A stretch of DNA of 64,000 nucleotides. Source: an uncultured Gemmatimonadales bacterium. GTDB lineage: Bacteria > Gemmatimonadota > Gemmatimonadetes > Gemmatimonadales > Gemmatimonadaceae. The position numbers and the translations under genes are program-made. Location: positions 3,296,001-3,360,000 of the forward strand of contig CAWKMU010000003.1 in assembly GCA_963850905.1 (NCBI GenBank), written 5' to 3'. The notes below the pieces were generated by a model. The model searched no databases and was not told where the DNA came from. It saw only the letters and a list, made by a program, of their open reading frames with translations. Below are positions 41,089 through 50,917 of this stretch, piece after piece (within the stretch, counting starts at the first letter, position 1; each line of letters begins with the position of its first letter).

Positions 41089-42537
41089 TCACCGGACGGG
41101 GTCATCGGCCGTGATGAACGCGCCGATCGCGGCGATTTTCTCCGGTGACTTGGCGCGGTAGTAATGGTGTAGCGCGGCGCCAGCGACGAGCCAAACGCCG
41201 ATAATGATCGGGACCAGGTTGTAGGGATACAGCTGGCCCGGCGCCGCGACCGAGTACAGCGGGTAGGCGAGGCTGATGACACCGAGCGCGGGGACAACGA
41301 CATGTGTCACCACCCCACGTCGCGGCATCCGCCAGAAGTATCGGATGTGGGCAACGTTACTCAACATATAGACGATGATAATCGCTACGGTGCCGATCGC
41401 CCCCGTAAAGCCGTAGGCTCCCGTGGCGCCGGGGCCCAGCCATGCGGCAGTGCCGAGCCCGACGATGAGCGTGAACGCGGTCTGCGCAACGATCGCGTGG
41501 TAGGGCGAGAACCAGCGCGGGTGCACGTCGCCGAGCGAGGCCGGGAGCACGTGGTCGCGCCCCATCGAGAACATCACGCGCACGGTCGTGTTATGGATCG
41601 CGAGGAGGCACGTGAAGATGCCACAAATGGCCGCGAGATCGATCGGTTGGAGAAACCAGGGCGCCACGCGCTGACCGAGCGTCACGATCGGATTGCCGTC
41701 GGCCAGAAACGCCCGCATCCGCGCCGGGTCGTTGAGGCGGTACCCGGCCGTGAGCGCGTACATCATGAGCACATAGAACACGCCGACGGCCGCCAGTGCT
41801 CCGATGACGGCGAGGGGAATGCTGCGCTTCGGGTTGCGGGTCTCCTCTCCCAGCGTTGCTGCGGCGTCGAATCCAATGAACGACAGCAGGCCGAACACCA
41901 CGCCGAGTCCAACGCCTGCGAACCCCTTTGGGGACGAGGTCACGAGGAAGACGGCGGTCGTGTTGCCGCTGCCCGCCGTCGCGATGGCGAGCACGCCGAG
42001 GATCAGGAAGATGATGATCTCACCCACGAGCAACGCCAGCCCCAGATTGGCCGACGCTCTGATGCTGCGGACGGACAGTCCAAAAACGATGGCCATCGCG
42101 GCAAGGCTGAACAGCCACCACGCGACGTCGACGTGAAAGGTGGAGACGACATAGTCGTGGCAAAACGCGCCGAATGCCGTGAACAGCCCTGGTGCCAGCA
42201 TCGCGTACCCGATCCAGAAGAGCCAGCCGGTAAAGAAACCCGCGGTTGGCCCCAACCCTCTCGAGTTGAACGTGTAGAACGAGCCAGCGGTAGGCATCTG
42301 ACGGGCAAACTGGACGACGGTATTGCCCACCAGTGCGGCCGCCACGAAGGCCAGGACAAAGGACAGGGGGATCGCCGCACCCGCCGCCGGTACGGCGGCC
42401 GGTGCATTGAGCACGACGGCGACGACCGGCGCCATCGCGGCCGCCGACAACGCGATGGCGTTGGGGATCGTCAGGACTCCGTGCTGGAGTCGCTGTTCGC
42501 GGGGGGCATCCTCGGGGGACGGCAGGTCGTGCGTCAT
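41089..42537 (-). CDS. APC-family amino acid/amine permease
   Basis: About 12 TM; AGSFYTF, SFIGFDAAATLGEETRNPKR. Confidence 0.92.
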   Translation of the reverse strand: MTHDLPSPEDAPREQRLQHGVLTIPNAIALSAAAMAPVVAVVLNAPAAVPAAGAAIPLSFVLAFVAAALVGNTVVQFARQMPTAGSFYTFNSRGLGPTAGFFTGWLFWIGYAMLAPGLFTAFGAFCHDYVVSTFHVDVAWWLFSLAAMAIVFGLSVRSIRASANLGLALLVGEIIIFLILGVLAIATAGSGNTTAVFLVTSSPKGFAGVGLGVVFGLLSFIGFDAAATLGEETRNPKRSIPLAVIGALAAVGVFYVLMMYALTAGYRLNDPARMRAFLADGNPIVTLGQRVAPWFLQPIDLAAICGIFTCLLAIHNTTVRVMFSMGRDHVLPASLGDVHPRWFSPYHAIVAQTAFTLIVGLGTAAWLGPGATGAYGFTGAIGTVAIIIVYMLSNVAHIRYFWRMPRRGVVTHVVVPALGVISLAYPLYSVAAPGQLYPYNLVPIIIGVWLVAGAALHHYYRAKSPEKIAAIGAFITADDPVR

Positions 42538-42802
42538 TCCGGTCGGGCCATACCGTGCGTGAGGAGGGACGCGCGTGCCGAGCGGTCGTCGACCGGGTGG
42601 CGGACTGTGTGGACCATTCACACAGAGAGATAGGCGAATGCGTCGCCTGGGTCTATAGGACCGCCGGTCTCCGGGGTTGGGAGCAGAGGAACAGCCCTGT
42701 CAAGCGGTGGACCTCCCAATCGAGTGCCCACGCCGTTGGCCTGGTCGCGCGCGACGGGCCGCCTGGTCAACGGCTCACGGGCCAGCGCGCGAACGCCTGT
42801 CG

Positions 42803-44200
42803 CTATAGCAAGAACTCTAGGCCGACGCCCTTCTCTGGCTCGGTCGACAGGCGCCCGGACCGTATCGCTCTCTGAAAGGTCTCAAAGTCCCGTTCCGCCT
42901 GATCGGCGTACGCCTGCGCGTACTGCGCCAAGGCGTCGTCGAACTGATCGCTCGATCCCAGGTAGCCGGCAATCATCGCCGCATCGCCAGCCTTGGCATG
43001 CGCCCGCGCCAGGGCCCAGCCGCACAAGGTGGCGTACGCGACGAGCGTGTCGGGCCGGAATGTTTCCACTTCGGCAGAGACCTTCATGTCACGGAACTGC
43101 CGCACGTAGTAATCGTGGTCTTTGGTGCCGGTCCAGCCGAGAAAGATGTCGCTCGCGGCCTGCATGAGGCGTTGGCCGTGCACCACACGCAAGCCCTGGT
43201 GCGTATACTGGCTCTTGCCATGGGGCGATTCCAGCACGGACCTGCGCGCCTCCTTGACTTGCAGGAAGAGCGCATCGTCGTCGTCGGCCATGAGCAACGC
43301 CAGGTAGCAGCGTGTCCCGACGCTGCCCACGCCGACAACCTTGATGGCGCTGTCCTCCCAGTGATAGCGTTCGTACAACTGTCGTCGATCCGTCGGCAGC
43401 GACTTGGTGTACTCATCGATGACTTTCTCGCGTCGCTTGTCGAAATCGTGAGACAATTCACGGAAGTGGTAGATGACCGGCGGGTTATCGGTGATTTGCC
43501 GGTGGCCGTCCACCACCGCCGTGAGCTTGGGAACCACAGCCTCGGATGTCCGTGAGTGGGCCTGCTTTTGTTTCCTGAGTAGTCGCGATCGAAGGTCCGG
43601 ATTCTTCCGGAACTGCTGCCGGAACTGCTCGAGAATGGCGTCGATGCTGAGCTGCGCATACCACGTGTCGAGCACACCCATCTCGGCAAACTCGGACATG
43701 TGCGTCCGGTAAGACGCAGTGGCCGCCCGAACCGCCTCGTCGGCGACTTTTTTCGAGAAGCCACGGTCCCTCGCCGCGAGCACGAAGCTCGCCGCCAGAC
43801 GCTTCACGTCCCACTCCCATGGAGCAGGGAACGTCTCATCGAAATCGTTGATGTCGAATACCAACGTACGCTCGGGAGAGGCGAAGCCGCCAAAGTTGGC
43901 GAGGTGGCAGTCGCCACATGCCTGAACGGTGATCCCCGACACAGGAGTCGTAGCGAGGTCCCGCGCCTGGATGATGGCGGTGCCGCGGAAGAACTTGAAA
44001 GGCGACTCGGCCATCCGCTCATACTTGAGCGGTATCAGGCCAGGAATGCGATCGACGTCCGATTCCTCGAGCAGCTTGATCGGGTCCTGCGACTTGGCTC
44101 GGGGCTTCCATTCGGCCTGCGCGGCGCGCGGACTTTTGTCGCGTAAAGCCTTCCCCTGCTTGCGGCGTTCGAGCTTGGCTGAAGCGACGACGGATGTCAT
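42803..44200 (-). CDS. DUF2252 family protein
   Basis: RMAESPFKFFRG, GDCHLANFG, FDINDFDE, KVVGVGSVG, YVRQFRDMK, LARAHAK; ATGA-coupled to the upstream gene. Confidence 0.93.
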   Translation of the reverse strand: MTSVVASAKLERRKQGKALRDKSPRAAQAEWKPRAKSQDPIKLLEESDVDRIPGLIPLKYERMAESPFKFFRGTAIIQARDLATTPVSGITVQACGDCHLANFGGFASPERTLVFDINDFDETFPAPWEWDVKRLAASFVLAARDRGFSKKVADEAVRAATASYRTHMSEFAEMGVLDTWYAQLSIDAILEQFRQQFRKNPDLRSRLLRKQKQAHSRTSEAVVPKLTAVVDGHRQITDNPPVIYHFRELSHDFDKRREKVIDEYTKSLPTDRRQLYERYHWEDSAIKVVGVGSVGTRCYLALLMADDDDALFLQVKEARRSVLESPHGKSQYTHQGLRVVHGQRLMQAASDIFLGWTGTKDHDYYVRQFRDMKVSAEVETFRPDTLVAYATLCGWALARAHAKAGDAAMIAGYLGSSDQFDDALAQYAQAYADQAERDFETFQRAIRSGRLSTEPEKGVGLEFLL

Positions 44201-45363
44201 TGGGATGTCTGCTCGGGTTTGTAATCGGCGTTTACGGCATCGCGTCGACGGCTGGCAACTTCCAGCCCTGGTCGACTCGTGACTTCCTCGCCCCTATCCG
44301 GATGCATGCGCGCGTTTCTGCAGGCGAGTTCCGCAGGGTGGCGCGCCCGATTGATGCTCCCGACGGGTGTGCTGGCGGCGGTCGAGTTCCGTGTGACATC
44401 GATGTATGTTGCCGCACTCGCAGCCGGCTCGAGGTGCGACTTCGGGAGCAGGGTGAGGCGCCCAACGGTATGGAACGGCGCCTCCGCTTCATTCCACTTC
44501 ACACTCGCGTTCTCGATCCAGAAGTCAGCGTCTCGACGCTTGCCCCAATACGTCATCCGCTCGACGTCGAGGAACTGAACTCCAAAGTCGAAGCCACTCA
44601 TCGTGTCGTCTTCCTGCACGTGCCGGATCAGCTCATCCTGGAGTCCGTTCGGGTCACTCCTTTGCAGAGGATGCGCCGGATTGTCTGCCCAGGGTATGGA
44701 CGAGTACATGACGACGTCGACCGATCCGTGCCGAAACGGTACGGTGCTCCAATAGCGCAGTTGCTGATACGGTCTGATCCGCCGGTGCGACTGCAGTTGG
44801 GCAAGCATGAGGGTCCTCAGCACGCTCAATTTGTCCTTGAACGGCAGCCGCCACAGGCCGGTGAGTTGGTTCGAGGCCGTCATGACCGTCATGATCGCCA
44901 GAAACGCACGGGCGTCGTTGATGGGCAGATTGCGGGCGTTTTGTTGGGAGAAATCCTGCCGGTCAGTGCCGGCTCCGGGGGCGACCGTTCCACCGCGAGT
45001 GAGGTCGACCGAGAAGGACAATGATCGAACGTCAGGCTTGAAGTCGGATTCGACGCTCGAGTCAGAGTTGCCAAACCGGACAGTCGCCGGATAGGTACCA
45101 GGTTTCTGGAAGATGCCCTGCGCGAGCCGCGCGGCGAGAGCGGGGTCGCGACCTCGGGCGACGTCGAGTACTTCGAACGTGGCTCGAACGCTCACACCCT
45201 TGGCGTGCGTACCACGGCGAAGCGGGCGATGCTGTTTGGCCGCAGCTTTGGCCTGCATCACGAGAGATCGCTGGGCGATCTGCTCCACGCGGGCCTGTTC
45301 CGCGGAGAGGTCCCGGTCAGCCTGGCTACCGGTCACGCCGAACCATCGGGTCAAAGCCAGCAC
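44197..45363 (-). CDS. Catalase-fold (catalase-related peroxidase/allene oxide synthase-like) protein
   Basis: RGTHAKG, ATVRFGN, YWSTVPFRHG, WIENASVKW, PVGSINRAR. Confidence 0.78.
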   Translation of the reverse strand: MLALTRWFGVTGSQADRDLSAEQARVEQIAQRSLVMQAKAAAKQHRPLRRGTHAKGVSVRATFEVLDVARGRDPALAARLAQGIFQKPGTYPATVRFGNSDSSVESDFKPDVRSLSFSVDLTRGGTVAPGAGTDRQDFSQQNARNLPINDARAFLAIMTVMTASNQLTGLWRLPFKDKLSVLRTLMLAQLQSHRRIRPYQQLRYWSTVPFRHGSVDVVMYSSIPWADNPAHPLQRSDPNGLQDELIRHVQEDDTMSGFDFGVQFLDVERMTYWGKRRDADFWIENASVKWNEAEAPFHTVGRLTLLPKSHLEPAASAATYIDVTRNSTAASTPVGSINRARHPAELACRNARMHPDRGEEVTSRPGLEVASRRRDAVNADYKPEQTSQ

Positions 45364-45397
45364 GACGGTGCCCCCTGATGCGCGCGGGTCGCGGGTC

Positions 45398-46973
45398 TCA
45401 TCCCAGTCGGGAGATGAACCGGATTGCGGTCACACTCGGCAGGAAGCAGTACGCGGCTGCTTTTGTCGACGTGAAACTCGAGAACCCCGTGATCCTGGTG
45501 GGAGGCGCGCCACCCGTCCGCGGGATCACGAAAATGCTCTCGGCTGGATCTTGAGTTCCAATCATCGGGTCCTTCGCTTTGGGAGGGAGCCGAACCGCGC
45601 CGACGAATTCGCTGTCGTTGACCCATTGGCTGAGCACGAACTCGTATTGGTTCTCGATGCTGGAGTTGATGAAGTAGCCGAGGAGCCCGCGCTCGATGCC
45701 GTCATAGGGCTGCGTCGCATCGTAGTACGGCCCGTAGGGCATGCCGCGACGGATGATCCGGTGCGTATTGTTGCTCCCGCCGGGATTGCCCTGACCCGTC
45801 ACCGGCTGGCCCCGTGGATTGATGCGCCGCATGTGCGCACCAATCGGACACCGCAGTCCCTGTGGATCGCCCGACCCATCGGCGTTCACGTACTCGAAGT
45901 TGTTCAGCTGCTCGGGCGACAACCCACCGGGAGGGCTATCGGTTTCCGGCGACAAAGCCAGCGGAACGCCGTTTCTCCACCGTCCACAGATCTTGGCGGC
46001 AAGTAGCTCGGGATCGATCTTGTCTTTGTTCGACTGCAGGAAGTCCTCGAATCCAACAACGTCGGTCTTGATCATTTTGAAGACGGCGAAGCTCCCGTTG
46101 AGGCCGAGCTCTCGAGGCTCTGGCAGGAGATAATTCTCGGCGTCATCCAGCAGCACGAAGAGCCACGGCTCGCACGGCTCTTGGTGATCCGGCGGATATC
46201 GCTCCGGACCGCTGCGGATGGTCGTCACGCTGATGCCGTCGGTGAAGCCGAAGGGAACCTTGGCGGTGGGGACGGGCTTTCCATCGACCGTCTGCAGCCA
46301 TGCCATCCCGTCGACCCGCCACGCCTCCTGAAAGGCACCGCCTTCCACGAACAGCGCAGAGAGTCGGCCGGTATAGCTCGTCATCGCCTCGGGACTCGTC
46401 GCGTGCAGCGTCACCAGGACGTGGTCTTTCCCGGTCCCGAACGGCTCAACCCAATGCTGCGGCGCGCCGGATCCCGTGTCACCAACCAGAATGCGCTCGC
46501 TCCGCAGCGCCCGCGAGGAATGCACCAAACGATTTGAACGACAGCGTCGGGACGCGCTCCTTGACCTCGAGCGCAACCAATCCAGGCCATGTGAGCGCCA
46601 CGTTGAGGCAATAGTCCGGCTTGTGCCGTGGGACATCGGCGGGATTGTCTCCCGGTCCCGGCTCGAACCCGACATGCCAGTCCTCGGCGGTGGTGATCTG
46701 CGGCGCGTCAGACTCGTTACCACTGACAAGCCGGCCGAGCATCTCGCGCGCCTTTGCAGGAACGCCCACCGTGAGCAGAAAATGCCGCACGATCGGCATC
46801 CGATAGCCGCGCAGGATGAACCCCTGGATATCACTCAGGTCAAGCGTGCTCCTGGCGCCGGATCCCGAATCACCGCCTGGGCCCGTTTCGTGGTCGAGTC
46901 GCCCGAAGAGGCGGTGAAAGAACCCCGCGCGTTCTCTCGGTTGTGGCGCGTGCGCCTTGGTGTCCGGGCTCAC
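45398..46973 (-). CDS. Dyp-type peroxidase; one apparent +1 frameshift
   Basis: DIQGFILRGY, FGFTDGIS (GxxDG), AHMRRINPR, IIRRGMPYG; shift at about 46490 (524 aa repaired). Confidence 0.9.
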
Positions 46974-47004
46974 CGACCTCTCCCACCTAATCGTCGTCTG
47001 GCGA

Positions 47005-47898
47005 CTACGCCCGGAGCTCACGATCGGGGGGCGCCTTCGGGGCCGGTCGCTCGGGCCGAGCCGGCGGTGTTTGGCTCTCGGCGATCAAGGCGTGGATGTC
47101 CTGAACCGAAAGCCCTGGATATGCCTGATAGAATCCGATCGGCGTACGGCTCGCCCCTGCCGCAAAGTCAATGAACTCCTGGAGATGCTTCGCGCACGGT
47201 GAGGGCGGGGGGTTTTTGGTGAATTTGAAGATGAGATCGAAGGTGTGTCCGATATTCCGGGTAAAGTCGGCAATGTATTTGTCAAAGGAGCCGTCGTAGA
47301 CCGTAAAGAACCCAATCTGGTGGTCCTCGAGCGGCACAAATTGGGCGAAATGCGGCGTGCCTACCGTGGCCAGGTCTTTCTGTGTCCCGTGACTCCTCGC
47401 GCGCAGGAGCAGTTGTATCTCCACAAACGCAAGGTGTGATTTGATAGGGAGGATGACGAGGAATGGAAGCAGCTTGCCTGCGCCGGTGACGCCCGCGGCT
47501 GATGCCATAGCCTTGATCTCTTTGACCGTCACGTCCGGGTACGCACTGTAGACAGTCAGTGGATGCACGACGTGGTCGGCTGCCCAGGCGACGAACGCGT
47601 CCGCGTTTTTGGCGACCGGAGTGGGCGGCGCACTGCCCACGTGCGAGAAGATGGCGTCGAACACCGGTCCGGCGAGCCTGGCAAGATCGGCCATGAGCGG
47701 AGCGAGCTCGCCGTCGAAGTCGGCGAGGAACAGCAGAGTCTTGTCGCTCAGTACCGTGAAGCGCGAGTAGTGGATCGTGCCAACGGTGTCAGCCGCCTGA
47801 ACAAGCACCGGCATCATCGGTGGAAGCTCGTCCGCCAACGCTTTTGCGTCCGCGGGGGACTTCAGGGGAAAGCTGAGGGTAACGTGGTTCTGGCTCAT
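47005..47898 (-). CDS. Conserved-looking hypothetical protein with two internally repeated domains
   Basis: GTIHYSRF..DFDG..FDAIF..PPTP..AYPDVTVKEI versus GTPHFAQF..VYDG..FDLIF..PPPSP..AYPGLSVQDI. Confidence 0.8.
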   Translation of the reverse strand: MSQNHVTLSFPLKSPADAKALADELPPMMPVLVQAADTVGTIHYSRFTVLSDKTLLFLADFDGELAPLMADLARLAGPVFDAIFSHVGSAPPTPVAKNADAFVAWAADHVVHPLTVYSAYPDVTVKEIKAMASAAGVTGAGKLLPFLVILPIKSHLAFVEIQLLLRARSHGTQKDLATVGTPHFAQFVPLEDHQIGFFTVYDGSFDKYIADFTRNIGHTFDLIFKFTKNPPPSPCAKHLQEFIDFAAGASRTPIGFYQAYPGLSVQDIHALIAESQTPPARPERPAPKAPPDRELRA

Positions 47899-48369
47899 CA
47901 GCGTTTTCTCCGACGATCTCCAAGAGAAGCACGCCGACGGGTGCGTGCAGGGGCCTCGCGCGCCGCACCCTCTGCGCCACAAGCCACCGCCGACCTGTGG
48001 GTATCCGAAGAGGCCGATCGTCGAGGCAGCATCATCTGCATGCTCGACTGCAGACGGCCTCGTCGTGCGACCAGCGTGAACGCATCACTGCACGGCGCGC
48101 GCCACGTCTCGAGCGTCGAGGTACCGGCTGCATCGAGCACGACCGTCGCTTCGGCCCCCGCGCCTGTGTACCGGCGGCGCCGAGGACGTCTCGGGGGATG
48201 CCCACCGGTTCGTCGCAGCCGCCCGCGTCGCGACACCTTCGCGGCGTATGACCGCGTCGGGCCTGCCAGAGTCATACGCTGCACCAAATCGCGACCCTTC
48301 GACTGCAAATGTGACGGCGTTCGGGGCCCTTCGTCGCCAAGGGAGGCCCCTTACCACTGAGATCTCGAA

Positions 48370-48772
48370 ATGGTCCTGGATATCGCCGTTGTCGCCGTCC
48401 TCGTCCTGTGTGCCTATCAGCTCGGAGCGATCAGGGGGCGGCGCGGAGAATCTCAATGGTGGACGGGCGCGGTCTACGCAGCCGGCCGCGGGAAGCTCGA
48501 ATGCGTTGCAGGCCTACATCGCGGCGCGGAATCCGCGCGCACCCGAGCCCCACGAATGCCCGGACGAGCTGGCTCGCCATCTCCTCCTGCCACACGTCGG
48601 GGACCGGGGCAGGCCGATTGTGCTCCCCGCCGACTGGGCCGTGCCGGTTGGTGAGTCAGCGGCGAAACCGGCGAGTCACACCAGCGCAGCAGCACCGGAT
48701 GCGATGCGAGCGCCGGATCGGGACGTCGTGCCGCTCACTGCGGGCACTCAGAAACGAGAGAAGGCCGGATAG
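48370..48772 (+). CDS. Hypothetical membrane-anchored protein; apparent +1 frameshift
   Basis: MVLDIAVVAVLVLCAYQLG TM segment; removing one A at about 48500 gives ...AGRGKLDALQAYIAARNP... Confidence 0.5.
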
Positions 48773-48787
48773 CCGCACGTCCACGCG

Positions 48788-50836
48788 TCAGCGCGGAAAG
48801 GCCTCGGGGAGGCCCCCATCGACCGTGATGATGTCGCCCGTGGTGTAGCGGAACCGGTCGCTCGCCAATAGCGTTGCGAGATCGGCCACTGTCTCGGCCG
48901 GAATGAGCGACACTCCCATGACGTTCCGCCGCCGGTAGGCTTCGAGTTGCTCCTCGACGGACACACCACGCGTCGCGGCGCGCTCCGCGACGAACCGCAT
49001 GAACATCGGCGTGTCGATCTGGTCGGCGTTAATCGCGTTGACGCGAATGCGGTCCGCTCCCAGCTCGACGGCAGCGACACGCATAGCCTGGAGGAGGGCA
49101 GCTTTGCTCCCTGCGTACGCCACCGCGTCGCGACCCGGCGTGAGCGCCGCCTTCGAGACCGAGCACACGATCGAGCCGCCCAGCCGCTGGCGCCGCATCA
49201 CTGCCCCGGCGCCCCCCATCGCCAATACGGCGCCGACGTAGTGCACGTCGAGCTGTCGCTGCAGGTCCTCCCGGCGAATGCTCGTCACATCCGCGAACCG
49301 CGGCGCCTGGCCCGCCGTATAGAACAGGCAATCGAGTCCACCAAATTCGAGCACGGCCCGCCGAATGAGATCGGCGAGGCTCGCATCGTCGCGCACGTCG
49401 ACGCCGGCGCTCACCGCACGCCCCGGGTAGGACGCGTTGAGCTCGGCCGACACCGCGTCGACGGCCGCACGATCGAGATCGGCGACGACCACGTGCGCGC
49501 CCTGCTCCACGAAGCGCCGGGCAGCGGCTTTCCCGATGCCGCTGCCCGCCCCGATCACCGCTGCGATGTGTCGTGGGAGCAGCAACGTCCCGCGTTCGCG
49601 GGCGTCCTGCTCGTCGATCTTCCGACGCTCGAGCGGCCAGTGTTCGAACTCAAACACCTCGCCCTCGGCGATGAACCGGAACTCGTCGATGGCTTCCGCA
49701 TTCGTAATGGCCTCGAGGACTGCCCGATAACACAGGTTTGCGGTCACGGCGCCCCGCTTGTCCCGGGCCGCGGTGATCATCCCCAGCCCGGGCACGAGTA
49801 CCACCTTGGCCCAGTCGTCCAGAGGCCTCTGCTCGACGCCAGCGTGCCGCCGGTGATAGGCCTCGTATTCCGCATGTTGCGCGGCAAGCTGTGACCGAGC
49901 CGCGTCCGCGACGGCATCCGGCGATCCTGACAGGTCCAGGTCCAGCCACGCGGGTTGCCGCCCCGCGCGCAAAATGTGTTCAGGCGTCGCGACGCCGCGG
50001 CCGGTGAGCGCAGACATATGGGGTACGGCGAGCGCGGCCAGCACATCCTCGCCGTCATCGAAGTGCAGGACCACGCGACTCGCCGATCCGAGCGTGCCGC
50101 GCACGACGGGCAGCAGAAGCTCGGCCGACCGACTCCGCAGATCAGGCGCAGCGAGAGCAGGGGATGACCGCGCGCGCCTCTTGGTCGAGAGGAAATCTTC
50201 GATGACGTTGACGGCACGAATGAGCCGCGCGTAGCAGTCGCGCGGAGTGTCCGCCCAGACGACCAGCCCATGGTGGGCCAATGCGAGGCCGATCGCCCCG
50301 GCAGGAATCCGGTCGACCATGTGGCTTACCGCTTGCGCCAGCGGGAAGCCCGGGCGCACATACGGCACGTACACGATCTCACCCGCGAAAAGATCGGCAA
50401 CGAGCCCCTCCGCGACCGCGTCGCGCACGTTGGTCAAGCTCATTGTGGCGACGTCGTGCGTGTGCGCGATGACGCGGTGGGGAAGCAGCGAGTGGAGCGG
50501 TGTCTCGACGCTCGGCGCCGGCGCGTCCGACTGCAGTGCGCAGCTGGCCATGAACCGCATCATCTCCGCATCGTCCATCGATTCGGCGCTGCGAAGCGCC
50601 GCAAGCGCGGGGATCGACAAGCGCGTGAATCCGTTTCGCTTGATCGTGCGCAGATCGGTGCCGCTGCCCTTGACCAGCAACTCGGTGCCGATCTTGATCG
50701 ACGTGTTCCCGCCGCCTGGCTGCACGAGTCGTGGCTCGCGACCAACCAGGTGCGAGAGGTAGATGAGCTGATCCAGCTCGTCGGCCTGGGAAGCGAGTCC
50801 GCTCGCCGTGGCCCACTGATCGTCAATGCGCGGCAT
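48788..50836 (-). CDS. Bifunctional class II aldolase/short-chain dehydrogenase (rhamnulose-1-phosphate aldolase/ADH type)
   Basis: GGGNTSIK, VKGSG, PSVETPLH, HTH, HHGL; C-terminal GAGSGIG, YAGSK, VDGG. Confidence 0.92.
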   Translation of the reverse strand: MPRIDDQWATASGLASQADELDQLIYLSHLVGREPRLVQPGGGNTSIKIGTELLVKGSGTDLRTIKRNGFTRLSIPALAALRSAESMDDAEMMRFMASCALQSDAPAPSVETPLHSLLPHRVIAHTHDVATMSLTNVRDAVAEGLVADLFAGEIVYVPYVRPGFPLAQAVSHMVDRIPAGAIGLALAHHGLVVWADTPRDCYARLIRAVNVIEDFLSTKRRARSSPALAAPDLRSRSAELLLPVVRGTLGSASRVVLHFDDGEDVLAALAVPHMSALTGRGVATPEHILRAGRQPAWLDLDLSGSPDAVADAARSQLAAQHAEYEAYHRRHAGVEQRPLDDWAKVVLVPGLGMITAARDKRGAVTANLCYRAVLEAITNAEAIDEFRFIAEGEVFEFEHWPLERRKIDEQDARERGTLLLPRHIAAVIGAGSGIGKAAARRFVEQGAHVVVADLDRAAVDAVSAELNASYPGRAVSAGVDVRDDASLADLIRRAVLEFGGLDCLFYTAGQAPRFADVTSIRREDLQRQLDVHYVGAVLAMGGAGAVMRRQRLGGSIVCSVSKAALTPGRDAVAYAGSKAALLQAMRVAAVELGADRIRVNAINADQIDTPMFMRFVAERAATRGVSVEEQLEAYRRRNVMGVSLIPAETVADLATLLASDRFRYTTGDIITVDGGLPEAFPR

Positions 50837-50917
50837 GCGCCAAGTTATCGCGACTCACTGTCACATGCACCACGTCGCGCGCCCCGCCTCCGCGACCTCC
50901 GCGCGTCACCGGAAGGC

